Shown here piece by piece: positions 1 to 9,682 of a stretch of 64,000 nucleotides of DNA (positions within the stretch are counted from its first letter, which is position 1; each line of letters starts with the position of its first letter). Both the position numbers and the translations under genes were made by a program. The DNA lies in assembly GCA_963668675.2 (NCBI GenBank), contig CAXXMB010000002.1, positions 3,072,001-3,136,000 of the forward strand, read 5' to 3'. The notes beneath the pieces were generated by a model. The model worked only from the letters and a program-made list of their open reading frames with translations, had not been told where the DNA came from and ran no database searches. This DNA comes from an uncultured Desulfatitalea sp. (GTDB lineage Bacteria; Desulfobacterota; Desulfobacteria; Desulfobacterales; Desulfosarcinaceae).

Positions 1-1314
1 GATGCCGATCCCGATGAACGATCCAAAGATGAGTGGGCCGAAGAGATGAAAGCGTTGTTACTGGATGCCGCCCGCATCCGTCTGCGGGCCGATGTACCGG
101 TGGGCGCTTATCTCAGCGGGGGGATCGATTCCACCTACATCAGCACCCTGGTGCGCAACAACTTCAACAACAAGCTCAATACGTTCTCGGTGCAGTTCAC
201 CGATGAGCGGTTTGACGAGTCGAAGTTTCAGCAGACGGCCTTGTCGGCCATCCAGACCCAGCATCGCGCCATCCAGTGTTCGGACGAAGATATCGGCAAC
301 CTTTTCCCCCAGGTGATCTGGCACACTGAAGTGCCTATGATCCGAACCGCACCGGCGCCGTTGATGATGCTCTCCGGGCTGGTGCGCCGCAGCGATTTCA
401 AGGTGGTGCTGACCGGTGAAGGGGCCGATGAGATTTTCGGTGGCTACAATATTTTCAAGGAGGCCAAGATCAGGCGTTTCTGGGCGCGGCATCCCGATTC
501 GATCTTTCGACCACACCTGTTGAGGAGAATCTATCCTTATATTTTCAACAGTGAGACCGGACAGATCAACGCTTTTCTCTTCGGCTTTTTCAAGAAGAAT
601 TTGACCGATGTCGACTCCCCGGTTTACTCCCATATGGTCCGCTGGCTCAACACCAGCCAGCTGAAGAACTTCTTTGCCCCCGATATGCTTCCCGCCGGTG
701 GAAAGGATCTTTCGACGTTCGTCGGCCGTATCACCGATAAACTGCCGCCCGGTTTCGACGATTGGTCCCCCCTATCCAAAGCACAGTACCTGGAGAGCAC
801 CCTCTTCTTGTCCAACTACCTGCTCTCCTCCCAGGGCGACCGCATGGCCATGGCCAACTCGGTGGAAGGGCGTTTTCCCTTCCTGGATCACCGCGTGGTG
901 GAGCTGGCGGCTCGCACACCTGCCAATTTGCGGCTCAATGGCTTGACCGAGAAGTATCTGTTGAAGGAGATCGCCCGGCAGCAGGTTCCGGCTGAATTGA
1001 TCGACCGGGCCAAACAGCCCTACCGGGCACCGATCAGCCGGTGCTTCATGTGTGCCGACCCGCCCGAGTATGTGCCCGAACTGCTTTCGGAAGCCGCGTT
1101 GAAGCGGTCGGGCTACTTCGATCCGGTGAAGGTGCAGCGGCTCACGGCCAAGTGTCGGCAGCAGGATGGACGCCTGGCCAGTGAAAGGGAGAATATGGCA
1201 CTGGTGGCCATCTTATCGACCCAACTGCTCGATCGCCAGTTTATACAAGGATTTCCGGCCTATTCGGATGAGCCGTTGTCCCACACCGTGGTCGAGCGGC
1301 AGACATCCATATAG
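1..1314 (+). CDS. asnB: Asparagine synthase (glutamine-hydrolysing) family, 5'-truncated by window
   Basis: Frame open from base 1; motifs VPVGAYLSGGIDS, VVLTGEGADEIFGGY, DRMAMANSVEGRFPFLDHRVVE. Confidence 0.9.
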   Translation, partial: DADPDERSKDEWAEEMKALLLDAARIRLRADVPVGAYLSGGIDSTYISTLVRNNFNNKLNTFSVQFTDERFDESKFQQTALSAIQTQHRAIQCSDEDIGNLFPQVIWHTEVPMIRTAPAPLMMLSGLVRRSDFKVVLTGEGADEIFGGYNIFKEAKIRRFWARHPDSIFRPHLLRRIYPYIFNSETGQINAFLFGFFKKNLTDVDSPVYSHMVRWLNTSQLKNFFAPDMLPAGGKDLSTFVGRITDKLPPGFDDWSPLSKAQYLESTLFLSNYLLSSQGDRMAMANSVEGRFPFLDHRVVELAARTPANLRLNGLTEKYLLKEIARQQVPAELIDRAKQPYRAPISRCFMCADPPEYVPELLSEAALKRSGYFDPVKVQRLTAKCRQQDGRLASERENMALVAILSTQLLDRQFIQGFPAYSDEPLSHTVVERQTSI

Positions 1315-1391
1315 GGGAGTGGAGGCTGTGCAGCGATATTCAAACGTCTCTCCTTCTGCTGATCGGGTCTATGAGACTACCACCGCCTAAA

Positions 1392-2417
1392 ATGAGACTC
1401 ATCTTCGGACTTCTCCTCTTCTGTTGTGCCTACTGGGTATTGGACAGCATCTGGTCGTTCTGGTCTTTCGAGATGAATCTGAGTTATCTGCTCTCTGGAG
1501 AGCCGATGACCTATATCGATACGCTGTTGCTCAGGGTGCCACCGTATCAGGCGGCGTCCCGCATCATGGTCGTTGTCATCTTCATTGCCAGCACCACCTT
1601 CATTGCCTCCGCTCTTCACAAGCAGAAACGGATCGAGGAGGAGAACCGCCGTCTGGAGATTCAACTTCAGCAGGTTCAGAAGATGGAGGCCATCGGCACC
1701 CTGGCCGGCGGCATCGCCCACGATTTCAACAATATATTGTATGGCGCCATAGGGTTTACCGAATTGTGCCTTGATGATGTGCCATCAGACACACTGGTGC
1801 ACGAAAATCTGAGTGAAGTTCTGGCCAGTCTATTGCGGGCCAAGGAGCTGGTGCGTCAGATTTTGACGTTCAGCAGGGCCTCGGAAGTAAAGCAGCAACC
1901 GGTGCAAATCGCTGCGATTCTTTCTGAGGTGTCAAAACTGTTGCGGTCGACCCTGCCTTCTACCATCAGGATCGAGGTGGATATTCGCACCAAAGAGAGT
2001 ACCATCCTGGGAGACCCGACCCAGATTCATCAGGTCCTGATGAACCTTTCCACCAACGCCGCCCACGCCATGGAGGAGAGGGGCGGTACCCTGCGATTCA
2101 GCCTTGATGAGGTCCAGATGGGTGCCGCCGAGGCGATCTTTCTGAAGTTGTCGGATCTGGACAGGGGCGCCTATGTCCAGCTTGTTGTCAGCGACACCGG
2201 CATCGGCATACCACCTGAACACCTGGCGCGCATCTTCGATCCATTCTTCACTTCCAAGGAGATAGGGAAAGGGACGGGGATGGGGCTGGCGGTGGTCCAT
2301 GGCATCGTCCACTCTCACAAGGGGCGCATCCGCGTGAAGAGCACGGAGGGGATCGGCACCACATTCAAGATCTATTTCCCAAAGTATACCCAAAACGACC
2401 CCCTGGCCGCTGTTTGA
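1392..2417 (+). CDS. Membrane sensor histidine kinase (HisKA + HATPase, no receiver domain)
   Basis: LAGGIAHDFNN H-box, NLSTNAAHA N-box, DTGIGI, FDPFFTSK, GTGMGL; N-terminal TM helices; start could be 1371. Confidence 0.9.
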   Translation: MRLIFGLLLFCCAYWVLDSIWSFWSFEMNLSYLLSGEPMTYIDTLLLRVPPYQAASRIMVVVIFIASTTFIASALHKQKRIEEENRRLEIQLQQVQKMEAIGTLAGGIAHDFNNILYGAIGFTELCLDDVPSDTLVHENLSEVLASLLRAKELVRQILTFSRASEVKQQPVQIAAILSEVSKLLRSTLPSTIRIEVDIRTKESTILGDPTQIHQVLMNLSTNAAHAMEERGGTLRFSLDEVQMGAAEAIFLKLSDLDRGAYVQLVVSDTGIGIPPEHLARIFDPFFTSKEIGKGTGMGLAVVHGIVHSHKGRIRVKSTEGIGTTFKIYFPKYTQNDPLAAV

Positions 2418-2573
2418 CTTTTGGGTGCTTTTGGTCTTTAGTGGCTCAATGTAACCATTTGTTTTTCTGATATTTTGATTCATAATTATGGGTGACGCCT
2501 GCCGTGCCCGCCCAGGCCGTCGAATCCGTGGGGGCAGGCCGCTAGGCTGGGAGAAAGGTAGGGCCGGAGATAG

Positions 2574-3860
2574 ATGCCCCTTTTTCTGTCCAATGCAGCG
2601 CTCAACGCATTTTCTCTTTTATGGCAATTGGTGTTTCATGAGCCCCCTCCCAGCGGGCTCTTGAGACATCTGGATCGTTTCCTGGCGTTTGGCACGGGGA
2701 TGGTGGCCGCCAAATTTCTCTCGGTGATTGCCCAGATTGTGATCGGCAGGGTTCTTGGCCAGGCCGGCTACGGTCAATTGACCATCGTGCTGCTGCTGGC
2801 CGGCTACCTGGCTGTTCCGATCACCGGCGGATGGGGACTCGCCTTTACCCGTATCGTCGCCAATGAAACCGAAACGGACCGGCGATTGGCAGCACTCAAC
2901 TCGCTGCTGCTGGTGGCGTTGCTGATGTGCCTTTTGGTCTGCGGATTTTTTCTGGGTCTGCGCAGCTACTTAGGCGACTGGATCGGCATCGGGGGCCGGC
3001 TCATCGATGCGACCCTCATCATGGGTTTGCTCTATGCCTGGTGGAGCCTTTCCAAGCAGATTGCCCAGGGTTTTCAGGCCTGGCGGACCTATGTGGCTGT
3101 GGAGGCGGCCCTCTCCGTCATCCTGCTTGCGGCGCTCTTAGCATTTATCCTGGCGGGTCACGTGGATCTCTATGGGGTCGTTGTCCTCTTCTGGATCGCA
3201 TACGGTCTGGCCGGATTTGGGGCAATCCGGTATCTGGTCGGCGCCATCAAGCTCGGTGTAGTCCGCACCTATGTAAAACCGATCGTTCGCCACGGCGGTT
3301 TTATGCTTCTCAGTGGTCTGGTGACCGTATCGACCTACAGCATGGATCGCATCATCATCCAAAAATCCCTCGGGCCGGAGAGTGTCGGTCTCTACCAGGC
3401 CCACTTTCTGGCCACCTTTGGTGTCGTCAGCGCTTTAATAACAATTTTGATCACCTATCTGTTCCCCCTCTTCTGTCGTGACGATAACGGCCATCTGCAT
3501 CGTAATCTGGGACGCTTGAGTCTGCTGCAGTATCCCGTCACCATACTTCTCTCCGCCGCAGTGGGACGGGGGGTGCTCTGGCTCTATGGCTATCCGCTCT
3601 GCCTGCCGCTGCTGGTCTGCCTCACCCTGTTCGGTGCAGTGCAGTTCCATGTGCAGATGAAGGCCTGGTACCTCTCCAGCAAAGGGGCCAACACCGCTCT
3701 TATCGCACTCGGTTCCCAATTGACCTTCCTGATTCTCAACGCTATGATACTGGTCGTCCTCGTAGACCGCCTGGGCATCATTTCCGGGGGCATCGCCCTC
3801 CTGGCGGCGGCGTTGGGCTCATTGCTCTATCTCATTTGTTCGAAATCTTCTATTCGCTGA
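2574..3860 (+). CDS. Wzx-like oligosaccharide flippase / polysaccharide biosynthesis membrane protein
   Basis: Highly hydrophobic multi-TM protein; GRVLGQAGYG and MDRIIIQKSLGPESVGLY motifs; start uncertain. Confidence 0.75.
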   Translation: MPLFLSNAALNAFSLLWQLVFHEPPPSGLLRHLDRFLAFGTGMVAAKFLSVIAQIVIGRVLGQAGYGQLTIVLLLAGYLAVPITGGWGLAFTRIVANETETDRRLAALNSLLLVALLMCLLVCGFFLGLRSYLGDWIGIGGRLIDATLIMGLLYAWWSLSKQIAQGFQAWRTYVAVEAALSVILLAALLAFILAGHVDLYGVVVLFWIAYGLAGFGAIRYLVGAIKLGVVRTYVKPIVRHGGFMLLSGLVTVSTYSMDRIIIQKSLGPESVGLYQAHFLATFGVVSALITILITYLFPLFCRDDNGHLHRNLGRLSLLQYPVTILLSAAVGRGVLWLYGYPLCLPLLVCLTLFGAVQFHVQMKAWYLSSKGANTALIALGSQLTFLILNAMILVVLVDRLGIISGGIALLAAALGSLLYLICSKSSIR

Positions 3861-3878
3861 CAAGAGGAGACGGGTCCC

Positions 3879-5489
3879 ATGATTGATCGAAGCAGACGTA
3901 TTGAACGCCAGTTGGTACCGCTGGAGCAGTTACCTGCCCTGAAGGGCAAACAGATCGTTTTTGAGAGCATCTCCGAGATGCTGGTGGCGCGTGCCGGCGA
4001 AGTGCCGGACGCCCCCTTGGTCTATTACTACGATGAGGTCGTGACGTATGCCCAGACCAACCGGCGGGCCAACCGGGTGGCCAATTTCCTCAAAGAGAAA
4101 GGGGTCTCTAAAGGCGATATCGTCTCCACCATGGTGCTCAACTCCCCGGAGATTTTTTACACCATGTTCGGTACCCAGAAGCTGGGCGCCGTGGCCGGGG
4201 CCATCAATTACATGCTCAAAGGCCCGGAGATCGCCTATGTGCTCGATGATTCGAAACCCAAGGTGGTCTTTGTGGGCAGCGACTACATGGCCGATTTTGC
4301 GGTGGGCATCGGCATGGCCGAGCACAAACCATTGGTTGTCGAGGTGGTGACCGATGTCGAGCACCATGCCGACATTGCCGAGTGTACGTTGGAAGAGATC
4401 CTCGACCGCTATCCGACGGACGAGTGCGTTGTACCCCAGTCGCTCGACGACCCCGTCATGCTGCTCTACTCGTCGGGCACCACCGGCATGCCCAAGGGAA
4501 TCCTGCTCTCCAACCGCAACGAACTCGCCGTCTGCAAGGGGAAGGCGGTGCTTGGCGTCAGCAAGCCAGGGGACGTGATGATGATCATTCTCCCCATGTT
4601 TCACACCAACCCGCTTTGCGTCTGGACCTATCCCTCGATCTTTTTGGGGTTGGCCCTCTGTATTCGTAGAACCTTTTCCCCTAGTGACTTCTGGCCGTCG
4701 ATCATGCGCTACGGTGTCACCACGGTGCAGGGGGTGCCGGCCATGTATGACTACATCTACCGTGAGGCCGACCCCGAGACCATCGACCATGGCCGGCTGA
4801 AGCTCAGGCTGGCCTACACAGGAGCGGCACCGGTTCCCGTCAGTTTGGTCAAAGCCTTCAAGGAGAAGTTTAACGTCGATGTGATCGACGGCTACGGCCT
4901 GACCGAGGGGTGCGGCGTCTCCGTTACCAGTACCACCGTGCCGCACAAGCAGGGGAGTATCGGTATTCCCTTCCCCGGATTGCAGATCGAGATCATGGAT
5001 GGCGATAATACCATACTCCCCTACGGGGAAAAGGGAGAGATATGCGTCCGGGGCGATGCGGTCATGATCGGCTATCTCAACAGACCCGACGCTTCAGCTG
5101 AAAGTCTCAAGGAGGGTTGGCTGCATACCGGCGATGTAGGCTACATGGACGAAGAGGGGTATCTTTTCATCTCGGGCCGTATCAAGGAGATGATCAACCG
5201 CGGCGGAGAGAATATCTACCCGCGTGAGATCGAGATCCCGCTGGAGAAGCACCCCAAGATCGCTGAAGTGGCCGTGGTGGGGATGCCCGATCCGGCCTTG
5301 GGCGAGCGGGTGAGGGCGTGCATCGTTCTCAATGAGCCCAACAGCATGACCGAAGATGAGGTGAAGGGCTATCTTCGGGACAAACTGGCCAAATACAAAA
5401 TTCCCGAGAAGGTCGACTTCATGGCGGATTTTCCCCACAATCCGACAGGCAAGATTTTAAAACACCAATTGAAGACGATGGAGAAATGA
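3879..5489 (+). CDS. Class I adenylate-forming enzyme (long-chain fatty acid-CoA ligase-like)
   Basis: YSSGTTGMPKG, GYGLTE, WLHTGDVG, GGENIYPREIE, PTGKILK motifs. Confidence 0.9.
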   Translation: MIDRSRRIERQLVPLEQLPALKGKQIVFESISEMLVARAGEVPDAPLVYYYDEVVTYAQTNRRANRVANFLKEKGVSKGDIVSTMVLNSPEIFYTMFGTQKLGAVAGAINYMLKGPEIAYVLDDSKPKVVFVGSDYMADFAVGIGMAEHKPLVVEVVTDVEHHADIAECTLEEILDRYPTDECVVPQSLDDPVMLLYSSGTTGMPKGILLSNRNELAVCKGKAVLGVSKPGDVMMIILPMFHTNPLCVWTYPSIFLGLALCIRRTFSPSDFWPSIMRYGVTTVQGVPAMYDYIYREADPETIDHGRLKLRLAYTGAAPVPVSLVKAFKEKFNVDVIDGYGLTEGCGVSVTSTTVPHKQGSIGIPFPGLQIEIMDGDNTILPYGEKGEICVRGDAVMIGYLNRPDASAESLKEGWLHTGDVGYMDEEGYLFISGRIKEMINRGGENIYPREIEIPLEKHPKIAEVAVVGMPDPALGERVRACIVLNEPNSMTEDEVKGYLRDKLAKYKIPEKVDFMADFPHNPTGKILKHQLKTMEK

Positions 5490-5519
5490 TCGGATATCCA
5501 TCGTCTGTATGGAGGGGAT

Positions 5520-6062
5520 GTGAGAACATTCGACCCGTTCAGCGACCGCACTGCCCGTGATCTTCGTAACGCTCTCAGTTCGGCCCTGGTCGAACAGTTG
5601 ACCGGCAAGGCCTCCGATGCCGTCGCCCATGAGGCAGACCAGTGGAGGGGCAGAGACCTGGCACCGCTCTATACGGCGTTCATGGACCATTGCCAAAAAT
5701 CCTATCAAACGGTACTGGACGAAGTAGAGGCCGCCGGTCATACCGACCCGAGGCATCAGGCGGTCGTTTTATGGAACGCAGGCCTCTTTTTCGAGCTGCA
5801 CGAACTGCTCGAAACCATATGGCTCAAGGCTAAGGAGCCCGAACGCACGGCGCTTAAAGGGTTGATCCAGGCAGCCGGGGCTTTTGTGCACCACCTGCGC
5901 GGAAAGCCCAAGGCGGCTGGCGGATTGGCCCTCCGGGCCCGCCGGCACCTGAGGGAAGGGGCTGCCGCCCTCGGATACATCGCCAACCTGGATCGCTTGA
6001 TCGACGATCTCTTAGACCTGCCCGATCAACCCCCTCTGTTGACCCTCGATCCTCTCCTTTGA
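5520..6062 (+). CDS. DUF309 domain protein
   Basis: WNAGLFFELHELLETIW...LKGLIQAAGAFVH motif. Confidence 0.8.
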   Translation: MRTFDPFSDRTARDLRNALSSALVEQLTGKASDAVAHEADQWRGRDLAPLYTAFMDHCQKSYQTVLDEVEAAGHTDPRHQAVVLWNAGLFFELHELLETIWLKAKEPERTALKGLIQAAGAFVHHLRGKPKAAGGLALRARRHLREGAAALGYIANLDRLIDDLLDLPDQPPLLTLDPLL

Positions 6063-6117
6063 CGTGGGTTTGCGGTGGCTGATACGATAGGTCAAAACAT
6101 TGATAGGGAGGTGCAGT

Positions 6118-6333
6118 ATGACAGACCGGGTGATCATTTATGGAAAGGCCGGGTGACCCTACACATCCCAGGCCCGTGAGGCATTCAAAGAGCACGACTA
6201 TGTCGATGTGCGGCAAGACTCGAGTAATATGGAGAAAATGCTCGAGGTCTCCAAGGGACAGCGCAAGGTCCCGGTAATCGTCCAGGGCACCGAGGTGACC
6301 ATCGGATTCAAAGGCGGCTCCTGAGGGGTTTAA
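6118..6333 (+). CDS. Small glutaredoxin-like (seleno)protein, UXX-star type, with two in-frame TGA (Sec) codons
   Basis: RBS GGGAGG before ATG 6118; translation MTDRVIIYGKAG-U-PYTSQAREAF...RKVPVIVQGTEVTIGFKGGS-U-GV*; TGA at 6154-6156 and 6322-6324; not in ORF track. Confidence 0.85.
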
Positions 6334-6890
6334 GGTCGACCAGGTTGGTCGACATTGGGTTTGCGACGGATCTGGCGGTTGCGAAAGGGGAACTCGCCCT
6401 TTGCGCGGTCGCTGAAATAGCACCGCAGTGTCTTTTCGATGGCGCGGAACGCGATGGCGTCCCAGGGGATCTCATCTTCCGAGAAGAGGGCCACTTCGGA
6501 ACTTTCATGGGTGGGATGAAACCGGGGTGCTTCCATCCGGGCTATGAACATCAGGTATATCTGGCCGATGTAAACGATATCGAGCATCAGATAGGTGTGC
6601 AGATCGGTCACCGTGGCGCCGGACTCCTCGAGGGTTTCGCGTATGGCACCCTCTTTGACCGTTTCTCCTTTTTCGAGGTAGCCGGCCGGCAGGGTCCACA
6701 ACCCCTTTTGGGGTTCGATGTCCCTGCGGCAGAGCATGATCTTCTCTTCCCATTCGGGAATGCAGCCCACCACCATCTTGGGGTTTTCATAATGGATGCG
6801 GCCGCAAGCATCACATCCATATCGTTTCCGGTCATCCCCTTCGGGGATCCTCAATGTGACCGGAGCACCGCAATTTGAGCAGAAGTTCAT
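6330..6890 (-). CDS. NUDIX hydrolase with N-terminal zinc ribbon
   Basis: FCSNCG...CDACG zinc ribbon; Nudix box GYLEKGETVKEGAIRETLEESG. Confidence 0.9.
   Translation of the reverse strand: MNFCSNCGAPVTLRIPEGDDRKRYGCDACGRIHYENPKMVVGCIPEWEEKIMLCRRDIEPQKGLWTLPAGYLEKGETVKEGAIRETLEESGATVTDLHTYLMLDIVYIGQIYLMFIARMEAPRFHPTHESSEVALFSEDEIPWDAIAFRAIEKTLRCYFSDRAKGEFPFRNRQIRRKPNVDQPGRP
6335..6353 (+). promoter_or_regulatory. Candidate bacterial SECIS hairpin for the C-terminal UGA
   Basis: Perfect stem GTCGACCA-GGT-TGGTCGAC; loop begins with G about 18 nt after TGA 6322-6324. Confidence 0.65.
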
Positions 6891-6893
6891 CGA

Positions 6894-7580
6894 TTATATC
6901 TCCATGCGCGTAATAGAAATCTTACCGCCGAAGCAGATATCGACATCACTGCCCGCGGTTCGTGGCCGGTCGTGGATGATCCCTTCGTAGTGGTAGTTGT
7001 CACCCTCTTTACGGAATTGGTACTTGTGCGGATGCTTGTCCAGGGGGCCGAATTGGTAGTCGACTCGGCAACCGGCAACAAGGGTACTCGGCAGATTGAT
7101 GTTCCAGAATTGGCCCGGCGCCAGCCTCTCTTTGAGGAGCATCGGGAGGATTATAGCGACCTGTTCTCCTGTGGCTTGCCAGTCCAGGACCCGATCAGGG
7201 CCGATGTACTGGGAGACGGCAACTGCCTTGACGCCCAGAATGGCAGCCTCCCTGGCGGCGGCAATGGTGCCGGACTGGTAGGCATCAGAGCCCAGATTTG
7301 CCCCCGGATTGATGCCGGCCAGGACCCAGTCCACATCGGGCACCAGTGATTTGACGGCAAGCCGGGTGCAATCGGCGGGTGCACCGTGAACGACGAAATG
7401 GTCCTTTTCGCTGCCGCGGATCACCTGGATGGGCGTCTTCATGGTGACCTGGTGGCCTATGCCGGACTGTGGGGCATGTGGGGCAACGACCGTCACCCGG
7501 CCAATCGGCTGGACCAGCTCGGCGAGCGTGGTCAGTCCCGGCGCTCCGTATCCGTCGTCATTGGTGATGACAAACCGCAA
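6894..7580 (-). CDS. surE: 5'/3'-nucleotidase SurE
   Basis: ITNDDGYGAPG, QSGIGH, GAPADC, GINPGANLG, SGTIAAAREA. Confidence 0.93.
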   Translation of the reverse strand: MRFVITNDDGYGAPGLTTLAELVQPIGRVTVVAPHAPQSGIGHQVTMKTPIQVIRGSEKDHFVVHGAPADCTRLAVKSLVPDVDWVLAGINPGANLGSDAYQSGTIAAAREAAILGVKAVAVSQYIGPDRVLDWQATGEQVAIILPMLLKERLAPGQFWNINLPSTLVAGCRVDYQFGPLDKHPHKYQFRKEGDNYHYEGIIHDRPRTAGSDVDICFGGKISITRMEI

Positions 7581-7867
7581 TGTGCGTCCCCCATCCTTCT
7601 CTATCGAAACCGTCCCTGCCCCTGCAACGTGCGCTTGGCAAAAGAGCTACTTATAGAACAATCGCCGTCAGAAATGCAACCTAGGGTGCCAAGATCTTCT
7701 GAAGTGGAAGGCGCCGGGAAGATGTTGCGAGACCATCTGCCTGAATTGCGCTTGACGAAGGTGGCAGTAAATAGGATGATGAGGCGGTTTTTTTCTCTGT
7801 ACGCTAAACGCCTACCTTTTAAACGGACGGGGCATCATCCGATGCCTGCTCCCGGAGATCCAATGTC

Positions 7868-8779
7868 ATGGTTTGGCCCAAGTCGCTTTTTTTTATTTGT
7901 ATTGCGCTGTTTATTGCTTCTGTTGCCGCTGCATCGAATGCCGCCGCTGAGGCCTTCGAACTTACGATAGAGGAGGAGCGGCTATGGGTGTCGGCTGACC
8001 GTGTGCCCCTGCGCGAGCTGCTCTACCGGTTGTCCGACTATGATATCACCATTCGTATCGATCCGACCATCAACCCCGACGTTACGGCTTCATACGAGAA
8101 CAGAGACCTGGAAGACGGGCTCAAATCGATTCTCAGGCCTCTGAATTCTGTCTTCATTTGGCAACCCACGCCAGCCGCGTCTGATCGGCAGGCTGAACCC
8201 CGCTACCGGTTGGCAGCCATTCAGATATTCAAGCCGGGGGAGAAGGACCGCATGGTCGACCTCGACCGGGATGTGGACAATGCTGGCGTGCAGGTTCCGC
8301 AGACGGCCGATGAGGGGGAGAGTCCCGGCGAGACCAGGGTGGTGATCAAGGGGGGCCGAATTTTTGTGCCGGTAGTGCTGGGTAACGGGGGGCGGAAGGT
8401 CGAGACGACCCTGCTGTTCGATACCGGCGCCAGCAGTATCGTGCTGCATCAGAATGTGGCCGACAATCTGGCTGTCGACGAATATGTGCACGCCAAAGGG
8501 CACGGCGTCGGCGGCGTCGAGATCGACGCAAAGGTGTCGCGATTGAACTCCGTGCGTGTCGGCCCATATGAAAAGAAGGATTTGCGCGTGGCCATCGTCG
8601 AATACACAGGGCCACCCGATAATCAATACAACGGCCTGCTGGGCATGAACTTTTTGTGGGGCCTGAAGTATGAGATCGATTATGACAACCAGGTGATCCG
8701 ATGGGGTGGTGCGCCGGCCAAGGTTTTACAAAAGAGCGAGTCTGATCGGTCTCAACCTGAGGATACCATTTCAAAGTAG
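7868..8779 (+). CDS. Secreted retropepsin-like (clan AA) aspartic protease with N-terminal extra domain
   Basis: Signal peptide; LLFDTGASS catalytic motif; GLLGMNFL C-terminal motif. Confidence 0.8.
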   Translation: MVWPKSLFFICIALFIASVAAASNAAAEAFELTIEEERLWVSADRVPLRELLYRLSDYDITIRIDPTINPDVTASYENRDLEDGLKSILRPLNSVFIWQPTPAASDRQAEPRYRLAAIQIFKPGEKDRMVDLDRDVDNAGVQVPQTADEGESPGETRVVIKGGRIFVPVVLGNGGRKVETTLLFDTGASSIVLHQNVADNLAVDEYVHAKGHGVGGVEIDAKVSRLNSVRVGPYEKKDLRVAIVEYTGPPDNQYNGLLGMNFLWGLKYEIDYDNQVIRWGGAPAKVLQKSESDRSQPEDTISK

Positions 8780-8872
8780 CAATCAAACGTCCGGGCATCG
8801 ACATCCGGATAGACCACCCACAGGTTTCGCCTTCGTATGTCGATATGGTGTCCCGATAGTTGAGCTCAAATC

Positions 8873-9064
8873 CTAATGGCTATCGACGCCAAACAGTGCC
8901 ATGGTCTCTTTAACGATCTCTATGGCGCATGCCCGATCACCCTCCCAACCCAGGCGCCCCCCATCAACCGAGAAACGAACGCCGCAGTCATATTTGTTGG
9001 CCACACTGTTGAGTATTTTTCGCCAGATTTCTCCATTCCAGGTGGTGGTGTGCGTAACGACCAT
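8873..9064 (-). CDS. Small hypothetical protein (~63 aa)
   Basis: GAGG RBS before ATG 9064; upstream sigma54-like promoter. Confidence 0.55.
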   Translation of the reverse strand: MVVTHTTTWNGEIWRKILNSVANKYDCGVRFSVDGGRLGWEGDRACAIEIVKETMALFGVDSH

Positions 9065-9110
9065 GTTGTTCAACCTCGTTTGTATATGTAATAAATTTGG
9101 TGACTATTAA

Positions 9111-9127
9111 TTCAAACAGTGTGCCAA
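9111..9127 (-). promoter_or_regulatory. Sigma54 (-24/-12)-like promoter
   Basis: Minus strand TTGGCAC-ACTGT-TTGAA versus consensus TGGCAC-N5-TTGC; AT-rich sequence upstream. Confidence 0.55.
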
Positions 9128-9682
9128 TTATTTTGTTAGGTTTTAATATTTTGTAATTAAAAGAAAAATTAGTTTTGTGGGTTATGATTACAGTTAAGAT
9201 TAAATACAAAAAAGTATTAAATGACATTTTTGGATACAAAATTGTTGAATTTGCGAGACTAGCAGGGGGCGCTATCCTTCATTGATTACAAGAATCCAAA
9301 CGACTTTGAAAAATGAATCAATTTTTCGAAAGGGGCTTAACGGGGTGTGCCTTTTTGTTTGACCACATCACAGGGTGTTCAGACCTTTCCCGGCAAAGGT
9401 TCCCACAGACGTGTAACCCTTCAGATGATTGTTCTCAGCACCGTGGCACTTTACGGTTTGCCGTAGTGTTCTCGACGGATAGTTTCATATTTCAGCGAGG
9501 AAGCGGTGCCAATCAGCGATGAGCCGTTTGTCCAGAAGGGGAGAAACGATTGCAGTTGAGGCTGAGGTTGAGTTGGTTGAGAATAAAAGCATAAAATCAT
9601 AGGCGTCCCCATGATACTCCCTGGCAAGACTTTTATTGACCAAGTTAGAAAGTTCGGGGCGTCCCATGTTGCTCCCATTTTT

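Noticed and set aside
1..1314. asnB-like gene as a lasso-peptide cyclase
   Set aside because: No precursor, B1/B2 peptidase or RRE genes are visible in the window; motifs fit an ordinary AsnB-family amidotransferase
9340..9480. Possible riboswitch or 6S-like RNA
   Set aside because: No consensus motifs of c-di-GMP riboswitches or 6S RNA could be matched
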